64,000 nucleotides of DNA from Nanobdellota archaeon (GTDB taxonomy: Archaea; Nanobdellota; Nanobdellia; Woesearchaeales; DATGWN01): assembly GCA_051819685.1 (NCBI GenBank), contig JBNJGI010000001.1, forward strand, positions 18 through 64,017, written 5' to 3'. The notes under the pieces were generated by a model. It made no database searches. It had not been told where the DNA came from and worked only from the letters and a program-made list of their open reading frames with translations. Each line of letters begins with the position of its first letter. Positions within the stretch are counted from its first letter, which is position 1. The translations under genes were made by a program, and so were the position numbers. Shown here piece by piece: positions 39,543 through 49,404 of the stretch.

Positions 39543-39599
39543 TAACTCAACCTCTTAACATTACTTTATGAACTGGTATTTAAAAATTTATTTATACAT

Positions 39600-39697
39600 T
39601 AGTCAACGACCTAAGATTGTTATATTTTCATATTGCTTTGAAGCAATATTTTAACATTTACTTCTAGGCAATATATTCACTAACTTTTTTTCATGCC
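39600..39697 (+). mobile_element. Chimeric MITE B-left/MITE A remnant
   Basis: TAGTCAACGACCTAAGATTGTTATATTTTCATATTGC then TTTGAAG..TTACTTCTAGGCAATAT..CATGCC. Confidence 0.65.
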
Positions 39698-39740
39698 AAG
39701 TTGTCCAAATATTTATAAATAGACTTTTTTTCGCATATAT

Positions 39741-40991
39741 ATGGCAAAAAAATCAAGCAAAAACGCCAAAGAAGAAAAATTCATCCAACCAGAAATAAAT
39801 CTGGGTCTAGTGGGTCACGTAGATCATGGAAAAACTACTTTGACCAAGGCTCTTAGCGGAGTATGGACCGATACACATTCAGAAGAACTCAAAAGAGGAA
39901 TAACTATAAGATTAGGATATGCAAATATGGAAGTAAGAAAAACTTCAGATAACAATCTTACTGTTGATAAAAAAGATAGTTTCGGTGTTGATACAGAATT
40001 GGTAAGGAAAATAAGTCTTGTTGATGCTCCTGGCCACGAGAGCCTTATGGCTACATTACTTGCTGGAACAACAATTATGGACGGAGCTCTTTTACTAGTA
40101 TCTGCCGATGATGATTGTCCTCAAGCTCAAACTGCAGAACATTTACAGGCTTTAGAAATATCAGGTATAGATAAGATAATAGTGATACAGAACAAAGTGG
40201 ATATGGTTCCCGAAGAAGATTGTAAAAATAATTATAATCAAATTAAAGAATTTCTTAAAGGAACAAAATATGAAGATTCACCTATAGTACCTATTGCAGC
40301 AAGATTCGGTCTTAATATGGATCTTCTATTAGAAACTATACAAGATTATTTTCCAACACCAAAACGTGATGATTCTAAAGATGCAAGATTTTTAGTTGCC
40401 CGTACCTTCGATATAAATAAACCTGGAACAAGACCTGGAAATCTGAAAGGAGGTGTGTTTGGAGGAGTTCTAAAACAAGGTCGTTTAAGCGTTGGAGATG
40501 ACATTGTCTTAACTCCTGGAAAAATAGTTATTGAACAAAACCAAACAAGCTGGAAACCCATAAAAACTAAAATAACAAACATCATGACTGGAGATGCTCC
40601 GGTAAATACAATTGTTCCTGGAGGTTCTGTAGCAATAATGACAGAGCTTGATCCTGCTATTGTAAAAGGGGATGCCCTTAAAGGTAACACTTTAAGTCAT
40701 ACTGATGAAGTACCTCAGGTATGGACAAAAATAAAACTTGATGTGCATCTAATGAAACGTATAATAAGCAATCAAGGAGAAATTAAAGTTAATAACATAG
40801 CTAAAGGTGAACACCTTCTTATGAATGTCAATTCTGCCGCTACAGTAGGAATAGTAACGGATGTCAGCAAAAAAGGAACAGTTTTTGAGCTTAGAATACC
40901 TATAGCTGCAGAAAAAGGTCAAAAAATATCTTTATCCAGACAGATTGGAAATAGATTCAGACTTATAGGATATGGTGAAATAATAGAATAG
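39741..40991 (+). CDS. eif2g: Translation initiation factor 2 subunit gamma (aIF2-gamma)
   Basis: QPEINLGLVGHVDHGKTT, ELKRGITIRLGYA, DAPGHE, NKVD, FRLIGYG. Confidence 0.97.
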   Translation: MAKKSSKNAKEEKFIQPEINLGLVGHVDHGKTTLTKALSGVWTDTHSEELKRGITIRLGYANMEVRKTSDNNLTVDKKDSFGVDTELVRKISLVDAPGHESLMATLLAGTTIMDGALLLVSADDDCPQAQTAEHLQALEISGIDKIIVIQNKVDMVPEEDCKNNYNQIKEFLKGTKYEDSPIVPIAARFGLNMDLLLETIQDYFPTPKRDDSKDARFLVARTFDINKPGTRPGNLKGGVFGGVLKQGRLSVGDDIVLTPGKIVIEQNQTSWKPIKTKITNIMTGDAPVNTIVPGGSVAIMTELDPAIVKGDALKGNTLSHTDEVPQVWTKIKLDVHLMKRIISNQGEIKVNNIAKGEHLLMNVNSAATVGIVTDVSKKGTVFELRIPIAAEKGQKISLSRQIGNRFRLIGYGEIIE

Positions 40992-40997
40992 ATTTAA

Positions 40998-41429
40998 TCA
41001 TTCTTTTTTAAGCATAATTTTAGGCCCGTCCATTGTATAATTCTTATCGTTCTTTAAATTCTTATAATTGAACTTAACTACAGCAGAAGGAGAATCCACA
41101 CTTATATCCAGTTTATAAGTTTCTCCCGGAGTCAAATATTTATTCAATGAAAAAGTATTTTCATCAATTTCTATGGATGTAATATTTATGTTATAAGGAA
41201 GATTATTCTGTATAATCGCTTCAAGTTTTTCTCCATCCCATTTAATTTCCTTAAGTGCTATATCAGAAGATGCCCAGATACTCCTTGATTGTGATATTTT
41301 TTTATCATCAGCAAGACTTGTAAGATTGACAATTGTACCTGTAAGAATTAAAAGAAAAGCTATGACTACTGATATAATAATTATAAACTCCACAGTTGTT
41401 TGCGTTTTTTTTCTAAAAAACATCTTCAA
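40998..41429 (-). CDS. Archaeal pilin-like protein
   Basis: RKKTQTTVEFIIIISVVIAFLLIL; NNLPYNINITSI; paralog of 32040-32531. Confidence 0.8.
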   Translation of the reverse strand: MKMFFRKKTQTTVEFIIIISVVIAFLLILTGTIVNLTSLADDKKISQSRSIWASSDIALKEIKWDGEKLEAIIQNNLPYNINITSIEIDENTFSLNKYLTPGETYKLDISVDSPSAVVKFNYKNLKNDKNYTMDGPKIMLKKE

Positions 41430-42502
41430 GAAAAGTCATTAAGGTCTTTTACAGTAGTATCATAATAAATAAGAGTGGTTGTCCCTTCAATACCGCCTTT
41501 CTGTTTTTTTACTTTAATAAAATTATTTTCTTGCAGTTTATCCACTCTTCTTTGAAAAGTCTTATAACTTATATTACCTCCTCTTTCAGTATAAATATTA
41601 TACAAATCACCTATTCTTGCAGGAGAATTATCTTTAATTATATCTAATATACCTTTTTCATCCCCTTTCAGATCATCTACTTTTTTTGTCTTAAAATCAT
41701 GAAGCTTATTAATAGCCTTTTCAACATCTTTATCTTCCACTTTTTTTCTGCTTTCTTCCTCTGCAGAAAAGGTTGACTCTTTCAACAAGAAAAGTCCTGT
41801 CCTTATATCCTTCAGTTCATAAGTCTTATTGTAAATTTTTTCTAAAGTTTTTTCTTCCCAAACTCCTGGTTTAAAAGCGAGGTCTTTTCTTTCTTTGATA
41901 ATTTCTTTAGTCTCATTTTTGCTATACGGAAGAAACTCTATTTTTTCAGGTACAAACCGTGACATAATTCTTTTATCTAATGAAGAAATCCAACTCTTAT
42001 AATTAGTTATACATATAAGACTTTTTCTATATATTTCTTCGAGTATAGAATACAAAAAACCCTGATCTTCAGCTTTATCTATTTCATCAAAAACAAAAAC
42101 TGCTGATTTTTTATTAACAATACCTTTGATAACAGCAAATAATTCTTCAGTCCTTTTATTATGAGTGAATTTATAATCTAGCTGATAACAAATATCAAGA
42201 AAAATTTTATAACTCGTATTTTTCTGCCAACAATTAACATAAATCGGCAGAATATCATCTGTCTGGTCCTCCATTTCAGAAAGAATGTGTTTAGTTGCTA
42301 CAGTCTTACCAACTCCTGGAAGACCAAATATTATAGCATTCTTTCCATTCATATCTCCGAACAAAGGTTTTATACATCTTGCGATAGAAAATTGAGATTT
42401 TTCTCTAAAAGGAATAAGTTTAGGTATATAGTCATAGCTTAATGCTACCTCATTTTTGAAAAGAGTTTCGTCACTTGATAAAATTTCATCGAATACGCCC
42501 AT
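41426..42502 (-). CDS. cdc6: Cdc6/Orc1-family AAA+ protein
   Basis: LSYDYIP..FRE, GLPGVGKT, YVNC, VFDEID, LDKRIMSR, FLPYS; C-terminal wHTH. Confidence 0.9.
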   Translation of the reverse strand: MGVFDEILSSDETLFKNEVALSYDYIPKLIPFREKSQFSIARCIKPLFGDMNGKNAIIFGLPGVGKTVATKHILSEMEDQTDDILPIYVNCWQKNTSYKIFLDICYQLDYKFTHNKRTEELFAVIKGIVNKKSAVFVFDEIDKAEDQGFLYSILEEIYRKSLICITNYKSWISSLDKRIMSRFVPEKIEFLPYSKNETKEIIKERKDLAFKPGVWEEKTLEKIYNKTYELKDIRTGLFLLKESTFSAEEESRKKVEDKDVEKAINKLHDFKTKKVDDLKGDEKGILDIIKDNSPARIGDLYNIYTERGGNISYKTFQRRVDKLQENNFIKVKKQKGGIEGTTTLIYYDTTVKDLNDFS

Positions 42503-42662
42503 AAAATTGATATAATTAATGTATTTTTAAAGTTTGTTACAAGGCGGCAAATACATTTAAATGACTTAAGATATTCTCTTAAAATAAATTGCTATAAAGT
42601 TTTAAATAAAATGGCATATATTTATTTATATTTTTAAGTATTAAATATAGATAATCCAACAA

Positions 42663-43889
42663 TCATATCTTTTTTATCTTTACTTTATCTATTTTATGAT
42701 GCCGTATCTTTTGAACACTCATTGCTAGCCTATTCTTCTTATCTTTTATCTCTTGACCTATTTCAGGAAAATCATTCAATTTATATTGTATATAACCACC
42801 TAAAGTAGAATAATGACCATTTTCAGGAATTTTTATTCTCAAAGCTTCATTTAAATCATTAATATTAACATCTCCATCGAAAAGATAAGAATCCTTACTT
42901 ATTCTTTTAAAAAAATACTCCTCATTATCGCTTTCATCAGTAATCTCTCCCACTATCTCTTCAAGAATATCTTCCATAGTAACAATACCGGCAGTCCCTC
43001 CAAATTCGTCAAGTACTACGGCCATTTGCATTCTATATTTTTGAAACTCTGAAAAAAGCTCCTGTATAATTTTCTCTCCAGAAACGAAAATGATTTTTTT
43101 ATATATATCTTTAGCTTTCTTTTTACTACTATTTCCAGAAGGAATTAAATCACGTATATGGAGATATCCTATAATATTATCTATATCCTTACTATAAACA
43201 GGAACTCTTGAATAACAAGTATTGCTTAACTTTTTTCTTATATCTTTTACTATCTCATCTTCCTGTATAGAAAACACATCAGTTCTTGGAGTCATAATTT
43301 CCTTAACTTTAATATCATCGAACTGGAAAACGCTTTTCATCATCTGTTTTTGTTTCTTGTGAAGCACTTCTTTTTCAGCTCCCATTTCAATCATAGTTTC
43401 AATTTCACTTTCAGTGACAATATCGGGATTTTTATTATCCATCTTTAAAAAATTTGAAAGTAATTCAAAAAGAAAAATGACAGGTAGCAGAAGATATTCT
43501 AAAAATAATATATATTTAGAAGCGATTAAGCTAATCTTGGTCGAATGTTTAGCAAAAGAAGTCTTCGGAAGAATTTCTCCGAAAGTCAGGATGAGCAAAG
43601 TCATTATACCTGTAGCAACACCAATACCTGCGCTACCGAAAGCTTCAGTAAAAACTACTGTAGCAATTGATGAAGAAGCGACATTAACAAGATTGTTCCC
43701 TATAAGAATAGTTATAATAAGTCTTCTTTGATTATTCTTAAGCTTCAATAAAAACTCGCTGTTTTTTTGCTTTTGATTATAAAGAGATCTTGCTTTTACA
43801 TGGCTTAATGTAAGAAAGGCAGTCTCAAGTCCTGAAAAAACCCCTGAGAGGACCAAAAGAACGATAAGCATTAATAAAAATTCTATCAT
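42663..43889 (-). CDS. Hemolysin/CNNM family protein (DUF21-CBS-CorC)
   Basis: LSGVFSGLETA, ILIGNNLVN, FGEILPK, MTPR, DEFGGTAGIVTMEDILEEIVGEI. Confidence 0.95.
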   Translation of the reverse strand: MIEFLLMLIVLLVLSGVFSGLETAFLTLSHVKARSLYNQKQKNSEFLLKLKNNQRRLIITILIGNNLVNVASSSIATVVFTEAFGSAGIGVATGIMTLLILTFGEILPKTSFAKHSTKISLIASKYILFLEYLLLPVIFLFELLSNFLKMDNKNPDIVTESEIETMIEMGAEKEVLHKKQKQMMKSVFQFDDIKVKEIMTPRTDVFSIQEDEIVKDIRKKLSNTCYSRVPVYSKDIDNIIGYLHIRDLIPSGNSSKKKAKDIYKKIIFVSGEKIIQELFSEFQKYRMQMAVVLDEFGGTAGIVTMEDILEEIVGEITDESDNEEYFFKRISKDSYLFDGDVNINDLNEALRIKIPENGHYSTLGGYIQYKLNDFPEIGQEIKDKKNRLAMSVQKIRHHKIDKVKIKKI

Positions 43890-43957
43890 ATTGAGTCACT
43901 TATATTTTAACAATTACTAAAGACTAACTAAGATATTTATAAATTTTGCTTATTTTT

Positions 43958-44098
43958 AATAAAGTATATTTTATATGGCGCAGAATAATTAAACACTTAT
44001 GGTTTAACTATTACGAAATTTGATAGAATTAGTCTAGCCAAATTTCTGTTTTTTCTGCAAGGCAATATAAAAATATAACAATCTTATGTCGCCTACTA
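43958..44098 (-). mobile_element. Empty MITE B (no nested A), outer right end missing
   Basis: Reverse complement reads the B left arm directly into the right arm across a single CAAATTTC. Confidence 0.85.
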
Positions 44099-44102
44099 TT
44101 TT

Positions 44103-44257
44103 AGAACATATAACAAAATGAGTGATGATATTGCCTTGAAGTAAAGTTTGAATTTGCGGCAATAAGTGAAACTACTTACAGGAGCGCAAATTCAATCTTA
44201 TTCGTCCGGAGACACGAAAGATTATTCGCAATATCACTCGCTTTTTGTAAGTATACC
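44103..44257 (+). mobile_element. MITE A copy
   Basis: AAAATGAGTGATGATATTGCCTTGAAG..ACAGGAGCGCAAATTCAATC..TTCGCAATATCACTCG. Confidence 0.85.
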
Positions 44258-44374
44258 AGAAACTGGTAAAATATATATTCAATTTGAATTAACTTATAAA
44301 AAACTACGCAATTTCATTAAACAATAATAACAAATATTTATAAATGAATCTGTTCCTTTAAAAACAGGGGTTTA

Positions 44375-47300
44375 ATGGTAGATAAAAAAGAAGGTGAAAA
44401 GCAGTCTTTTGAGGAACTAAATGAAAAATTTAATAATCTCAAAAAATTAGCTTCAGAATTCGGTGTAGGAACAGATAAAAGCGATAAAGAAAAAAATGAT
44501 AATATAGTAAATCTTTCTGTAGATAATTCTAAACCCTATGAAAAAGAAAACGATCTCAAGTTAGTCGAAAATACAGCTGAATCTTATAATGAAGTTGAAG
44601 TATATGATAGTATTTCAGAAAACAAGGATAAATTTACGCTTAACAAAGAAAATTTATCTGACGATTCCATCAACAAATTCAATGATGGGATAATAAAGAT
44701 TAAAGATGAGATAAAAAAATCTCTTGGTGGATCAATATCGCCTGATATTAAAGAAGATACACCGGAAACTAACACTAATGAAGAAGAATCTTTTGAAAAC
44801 AAACAATCTCAAAAAGAAATAATAGAAAAAGAACCAGTTGAGCAGAATAATTCAGATAAAGCTGAAGAAATCCAAGAAGAAAAAAAGATAGAAGAAGAAA
44901 ACAATAAACTTCAGGAAAAAATAAATAAAAAACAACATCTTAAGAACAAATACATCCAGTTAGAGGAAGATATCAAAGATGCGAAAAACATCCATAAATT
45001 AAGAAAAGAAATAGAAAAAAAGAATAAAAAAATAGATGAGAAACTTTATTATCTCGAATCTAAAGAAAGTGAATTAGCTGAAAAATCTACACAAATCTAT
45101 GAAAAAGAGAAAGAACTTGAAGAAACAAGAAAAAAATTATTCATGAAAGAGCAGGAAGTAGGTGAACTTATAGAAAAAAATGTAGAAAAAGTCAAGGAGT
45201 TCGATGATAAATCTACTGAAATCAGTGATAAATCAAAAGATATAGCTCAAAGGGAAAATGAATTATTGGTGCAAGAAAAAAAGCTAATGAAATTACAATC
45301 AGAACTTAATGAAGAACAGATCAAATTAAAAAATAATTCATTAAAACAAGAAAACAGCTGGAAAAAAGCAAAAAGTAAAATAGATGAGATGGAAAGATAT
45401 GTGACTGATAAAGAAAAAGAGATCAAATCAAGATTAAAACACCTCAATGATAAAGAAAAAAATCTCAAAAAGAAAGAAGAAAAAGTAAACAAAACAGAAA
45501 AAGGTATACATGAACACCTAAACCATATCAGTAAAAGGGAAAAGGAAGTTGATAAGAAAGAAAAAGAACTTCATAAAAAAGAAATAGGAATGAATGACCA
45601 AGAAGAAAAACTATCTCAGAAAAAACTCGAGCTTGAAGAAACATTAAGACATAATAATAACATAAAAAAAGAGCTTGAAGATAAAAGAAAAGAAATTGAT
45701 GAAATTGAAAAAGATAAGCAGAAAGCACTTGAAGAATATAACAATTACCTTAAAGAAAAAGATGCTCTTGAACAAGAAAAAAACAGACTAAAAAAACTTG
45801 AAGAGGATATTCTTGAAAACGAAGAAAATGTAAGAAAAAATGCTAATGTATTGAAAAAACGTGAAAATGAACTGGAAATAAGAGAAAGGAAAGCCGAAGA
45901 TCTGATAGAACATAATAATTCATTAAAACTTAAATTAGAAGAAGAAGAATCTAAGAAAAAAGATGTAAAGAAACTACACAAAGAGTTAAAAGATAAGAAA
46001 ATAGAAATTGAAAAAGAAAAAAATAATTATGAAACATTAAGTGATGAACTCAAACAGAAAATTGAAATAAATAAACAAGAAAAAAATAACCTTGAAAAAG
46101 AAAAGTCAGAAATTAAAAATAATAAAAACAATCTTGAGAAAAAAGAGAAAGATCTTACTAAAAGGGATGCTCAAATACAAGTAAAAGAGAATGATATCAA
46201 ACAAAAAGAGAAAGAAATAAATGTTTATCTAAAACAAAAGAAAGAGTTTGAAAAAGAACTTGAAAATATAGAAACCAAAAAAACTGAATTAAGAGATAAA
46301 GAAGCAGAAATACAAGGAAAAATCGATAAAAATACTGCAATGCTTGATGAAATAGATCAAAAAAGTCAGCAAATTGAAAAAGAAAAGTCAGAAATTTCAG
46401 AAAAAGAAAATGATATTGAAAGTAAAGAAAAAGAATTAAAAACATTATTGGAAGAAGAAAAGAAAAGTAAAACAAGAACCTCTCAAATAGAATCTGAAAA
46501 GAAAAAAGAGCTTAAAGAACTACAATCACTAAAAAAAGATCAAGGAAAAACCAATAAGGAACTTGAAAACAAAATAAATAAGGTTGAAAAAGAAAGAACT
46601 CTTCTTCAAGAAAAACAAGAATCGCTCAAAACAAAGGAATCTGAAATAAAATCCAAACTTGAAGAAATAAAGACCGAAAAGAAAGAAAAAGAAAAACTAC
46701 TTGCTAATCTTGACAAGAAAGAAAAATCTCTTGCTAAAGAAGAAGTCCGTATAGATAAAAAATCAAGTGAACTTGAAGAAAAATCCAAAGAAGATGAAGC
46801 AAGAAAATCTGACATCAAAAATCTTATATCTGAAAAGAAATCTGTTCTGGAAGATCTTGATAAAAAAGAAAAAAACATCTCCAAACTTGAAGAAGAATAC
46901 AATAAAAAACTTTCATCCCTCACAAAAAAAGAAGAATCGCTCAAAACAAAGGAATCTGAAATAAAATCCAAACTTGAAGAAATAAAGACCGAAAAGAAAG
47001 AAAAAGAAAAACTACTTGCTAATCTTGACAAGAAAGAAAAATCTCTTGCTAAAGAAGAAGTCCGTATAGATAAAAAATCAAGTGAACTTGAAGAAAGAAG
47101 TGCTTCAGTCATTGAAGATGAAAAAAATCTTAAAACCAAAAATCAGAATTATCATAAAAAGATGAAAGAACTAGAAAAAAAATCTGAAGAATTGAATATT
47201 CACGAATCTGATCTGAAAGAAAGAGAAATGCAAAATAGGAAACTAATTGATGAAATAAAAGAAGAAAAAACCCAGGTTGAAGGTATCAAACAAAAAATCA

Positions 47301-47935
47301 CTGACATCAATAAAAATATTGAAGATAAAGACATTAATCTAAAAAATAAAGAAAAGGAACTTAATTCACGTGAAGAAAGAGTTAAATCTACTGAAGAAGA
47401 TATCTATAATAGAAAAGATCAAATCGAAAAGAAAGAAAAAGAACTTTTCAACGCTAAAAAACTTGTAGAGGATATGAAGGAACAAATAAAAGAAGAATAT
47501 TTAAAAATAAACCAGACGAAAGATTTGCTTGATGATAAACTAAAAATGACAGAAGAAAAAAGACAGTTATATGAAAAAGAATGGGAAGAATTTCAAGAAA
47601 AATCCAAAGAAACAGAAAACACAAAAACTCAGTTCCTTGAAGCTAAGGAAAAATTGGAAGAGATAAAATCCAGATCAGAAAAAGAATTAGATAATCTTTT
47701 AACGGAAAAGAACAAATATATACGTGAAAACAAAAAAATGCGTCAGATGAATCATGAAATGAAAAAGAAAAAAGAAATCTTGGATGTTTCAAAACATAAG
47801 ATAGCTGGAAAAATAAAAGAACTCACAAAAAAAGAAAAAGCTTTACAATCAAAAGAATCTATATATAATAAAAAAGAAGAATTTTTAAATAGATATGAAA
47901 AGGAATTGGTCGAGAAGGAAAAGAGGTTAATATGA
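44375..47935 (+). CDS. 1186-aa K/E-rich coiled-coil protein
   Basis: Heptad-like K/E/L pattern over most of the length; no signal peptide, TM or Walker motif. Confidence 0.8.
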   Translation: MVDKKEGEKQSFEELNEKFNNLKKLASEFGVGTDKSDKEKNDNIVNLSVDNSKPYEKENDLKLVENTAESYNEVEVYDSISENKDKFTLNKENLSDDSINKFNDGIIKIKDEIKKSLGGSISPDIKEDTPETNTNEEESFENKQSQKEIIEKEPVEQNNSDKAEEIQEEKKIEEENNKLQEKINKKQHLKNKYIQLEEDIKDAKNIHKLRKEIEKKNKKIDEKLYYLESKESELAEKSTQIYEKEKELEETRKKLFMKEQEVGELIEKNVEKVKEFDDKSTEISDKSKDIAQRENELLVQEKKLMKLQSELNEEQIKLKNNSLKQENSWKKAKSKIDEMERYVTDKEKEIKSRLKHLNDKEKNLKKKEEKVNKTEKGIHEHLNHISKREKEVDKKEKELHKKEIGMNDQEEKLSQKKLELEETLRHNNNIKKELEDKRKEIDEIEKDKQKALEEYNNYLKEKDALEQEKNRLKKLEEDILENEENVRKNANVLKKRENELEIRERKAEDLIEHNNSLKLKLEEEESKKKDVKKLHKELKDKKIEIEKEKNNYETLSDELKQKIEINKQEKNNLEKEKSEIKNNKNNLEKKEKDLTKRDAQIQVKENDIKQKEKEINVYLKQKKEFEKELENIETKKTELRDKEAEIQGKIDKNTAMLDEIDQKSQQIEKEKSEISEKENDIESKEKELKTLLEEEKKSKTRTSQIESEKKKELKELQSLKKDQGKTNKELENKINKVEKERTLLQEKQESLKTKESEIKSKLEEIKTEKKEKEKLLANLDKKEKSLAKEEVRIDKKSSELEEKSKEDEARKSDIKNLISEKKSVLEDLDKKEKNISKLEEEYNKKLSSLTKKEESLKTKESEIKSKLEEIKTEKKEKEKLLANLDKKEKSLAKEEVRIDKKSSELEERSASVIEDEKNLKTKNQNYHKKMKELEKKSEELNIHESDLKEREMQNRKLIDEIKEEKTQVEGIKQKITDINKNIEDKDINLKNKEKELNSREERVKSTEEDIYNRKDQIEKKEKELFNAKKLVEDMKEQIKEEYLKINQTKDLLDDKLKMTEEKRQLYEKEWEEFQEKSKETENTKTQFLEAKEKLEEIKSRSEKELDNLLTEKNKYIRENKKMRQMNHEMKKKKEILDVSKHKIAGKIKELTKKEKALQSKESIYNKKEEFLNRYEKELVEKEKRLI
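46617..47096 (+). repeat. Exact 165-bp intragenic direct repeat (46617-46781, 46932-47096)
   Basis: Identical copies encoding ESLKTKESEIKSK..IDKKSSELEE, offset 315 bp. Confidence 0.92.
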
Positions 47936-49404
47936 TGCAGGGATCAGATAATAATTCAAGCAGTTATGGTAGTTTATTGAAAAATCTAAGTAATCGACTA
48001 AATGAGGTTAAGACTGAAAAAGATAACGAGTATATAACAAAAAAAAACAATGAACTAAAAGAACTTTTAGATTCTTACAGCAAAAAAAATTCATATGAAC
48101 AATCTTCTAAAAAAACATACCAGCATGATTCTGTAACAGAAGCTACTAATTTTGCTAAAAAAGACGATTATCTAAAAGAAAAAGAAGCTCGTCTGAATAA
48201 AGAGCAAGAAGAAATTGAACATGAAAAGTTTATTTTAGATTCAAAACAAAGAGTAATGAATAAAGAACTAGATTCTTTAAATAATCCTGAAGTTGTAAAA
48301 GTGCTTGAAGAGATTGAGAGAAGATCTTCCTTACTTTCTCAAAATAAAAAATATTATGAAGATAGGGAAAAAGAGATATCAAGAAGAGAAGATAAAATAA
48401 GGGAAAGAGAAAATCAGGTACAATTATCACATCAAAAATTATTAGATGAAAAGAAAAAATTATCTCATGATATATTCGATCTTAAATCATCCCGTGATAA
48501 TATTAAATTTGAAATCGACTCATTGCAACAGGAAAAATCCACTCTTGATTCTGTAGTTAAAGAAAGAACTCAATTAATAGAAGATCTCAACAAACAATAT
48601 CAGGAATCAAAGATTGAACTTAAAAAAATACAAGACAGCATATTATCTGAAAGAAAAGCTTTCGCAAGATTAAAAGAAGATACAGATGAAGAAAAGAGGA
48701 ATCTGGAAAGTGAAAAAAAATCTTTTGAAGAATATAAAAATGCTTTTTACGAAAAAGTCAACAGGTTATCTGAAGAATCAAAGAAAGAACTAAGTGATTA
48801 CAAGAAAAATGTGCTTTCTGAAATAGAAGAAAAGTCGGAAAAGATAAATAAAAAATATAAAGAGATTCAGGAAAAAGAAAAGAAGGTCAATAATAAAGAA
48901 CAAGAACTGAAAGATTTTGAAGAAAAGTTATATAGAAAGCTAGAAGAATCAGATAAAAAAGAAAAATCAATTGAAGAAGAAAAAAAGAAAATAGATGAAT
49001 TAAAAAATGATTATGAAAAAAAGAACGAAGAAATAAATAATTATGAAGATGAATTAAAAAAGATTGAAAATACAGTTATGGACCTTAAAAATGTTGTCGA
49101 TCGTAAAGAAAAAGATATAAAAGAAAAACAGAAAATACTCGATGAGAACATAAATTATTTCGAGAAACTGCAACATAATAACAGATATGAAAAAAAATTG
49201 AAAGAAGTAATATCCGGTATAGAGTCTAAAATTAAAGAAAAAAATATAATAGGGGCGCAAAAGCTATATGCTCAAGCCAATATGATATATAAAAATTCAC
49301 CGGAAAACGTAAAAAAATTTTACAAAAGTAAACTTGCTTCAATTAAACAAAGGATAACTATAATGTCAAAAAGAAATTCAGGAGGTGTTTCACATGGTGA
49401 ATAA
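47932..49404 (+). CDS. 490-aa coiled-coil protein with C-terminal helical-hairpin cap
   Basis: Coiled-coil pattern; tail IIGAQKLYAQANMIYKNSP; GAGGT RBS. Confidence 0.8.
   Translation: MMQGSDNNSSSYGSLLKNLSNRLNEVKTEKDNEYITKKNNELKELLDSYSKKNSYEQSSKKTYQHDSVTEATNFAKKDDYLKEKEARLNKEQEEIEHEKFILDSKQRVMNKELDSLNNPEVVKVLEEIERRSSLLSQNKKYYEDREKEISRREDKIRERENQVQLSHQKLLDEKKKLSHDIFDLKSSRDNIKFEIDSLQQEKSTLDSVVKERTQLIEDLNKQYQESKIELKKIQDSILSERKAFARLKEDTDEEKRNLESEKKSFEEYKNAFYEKVNRLSEESKKELSDYKKNVLSEIEEKSEKINKKYKEIQEKEKKVNNKEQELKDFEEKLYRKLEESDKKEKSIEEEKKKIDELKNDYEKKNEEINNYEDELKKIENTVMDLKNVVDRKEKDIKEKQKILDENINYFEKLQHNNRYEKKLKEVISGIESKIKEKNIIGAQKLYAQANMIYKNSPENVKKFYKSKLASIKQRITIMSKRNSGGVSHGE

Noticed and set aside
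42503..42662. Replication origin upstream of cdc6
   Set aside because: Only ~160 bp, AT-rich, no recognisable repeated ORB boxes.
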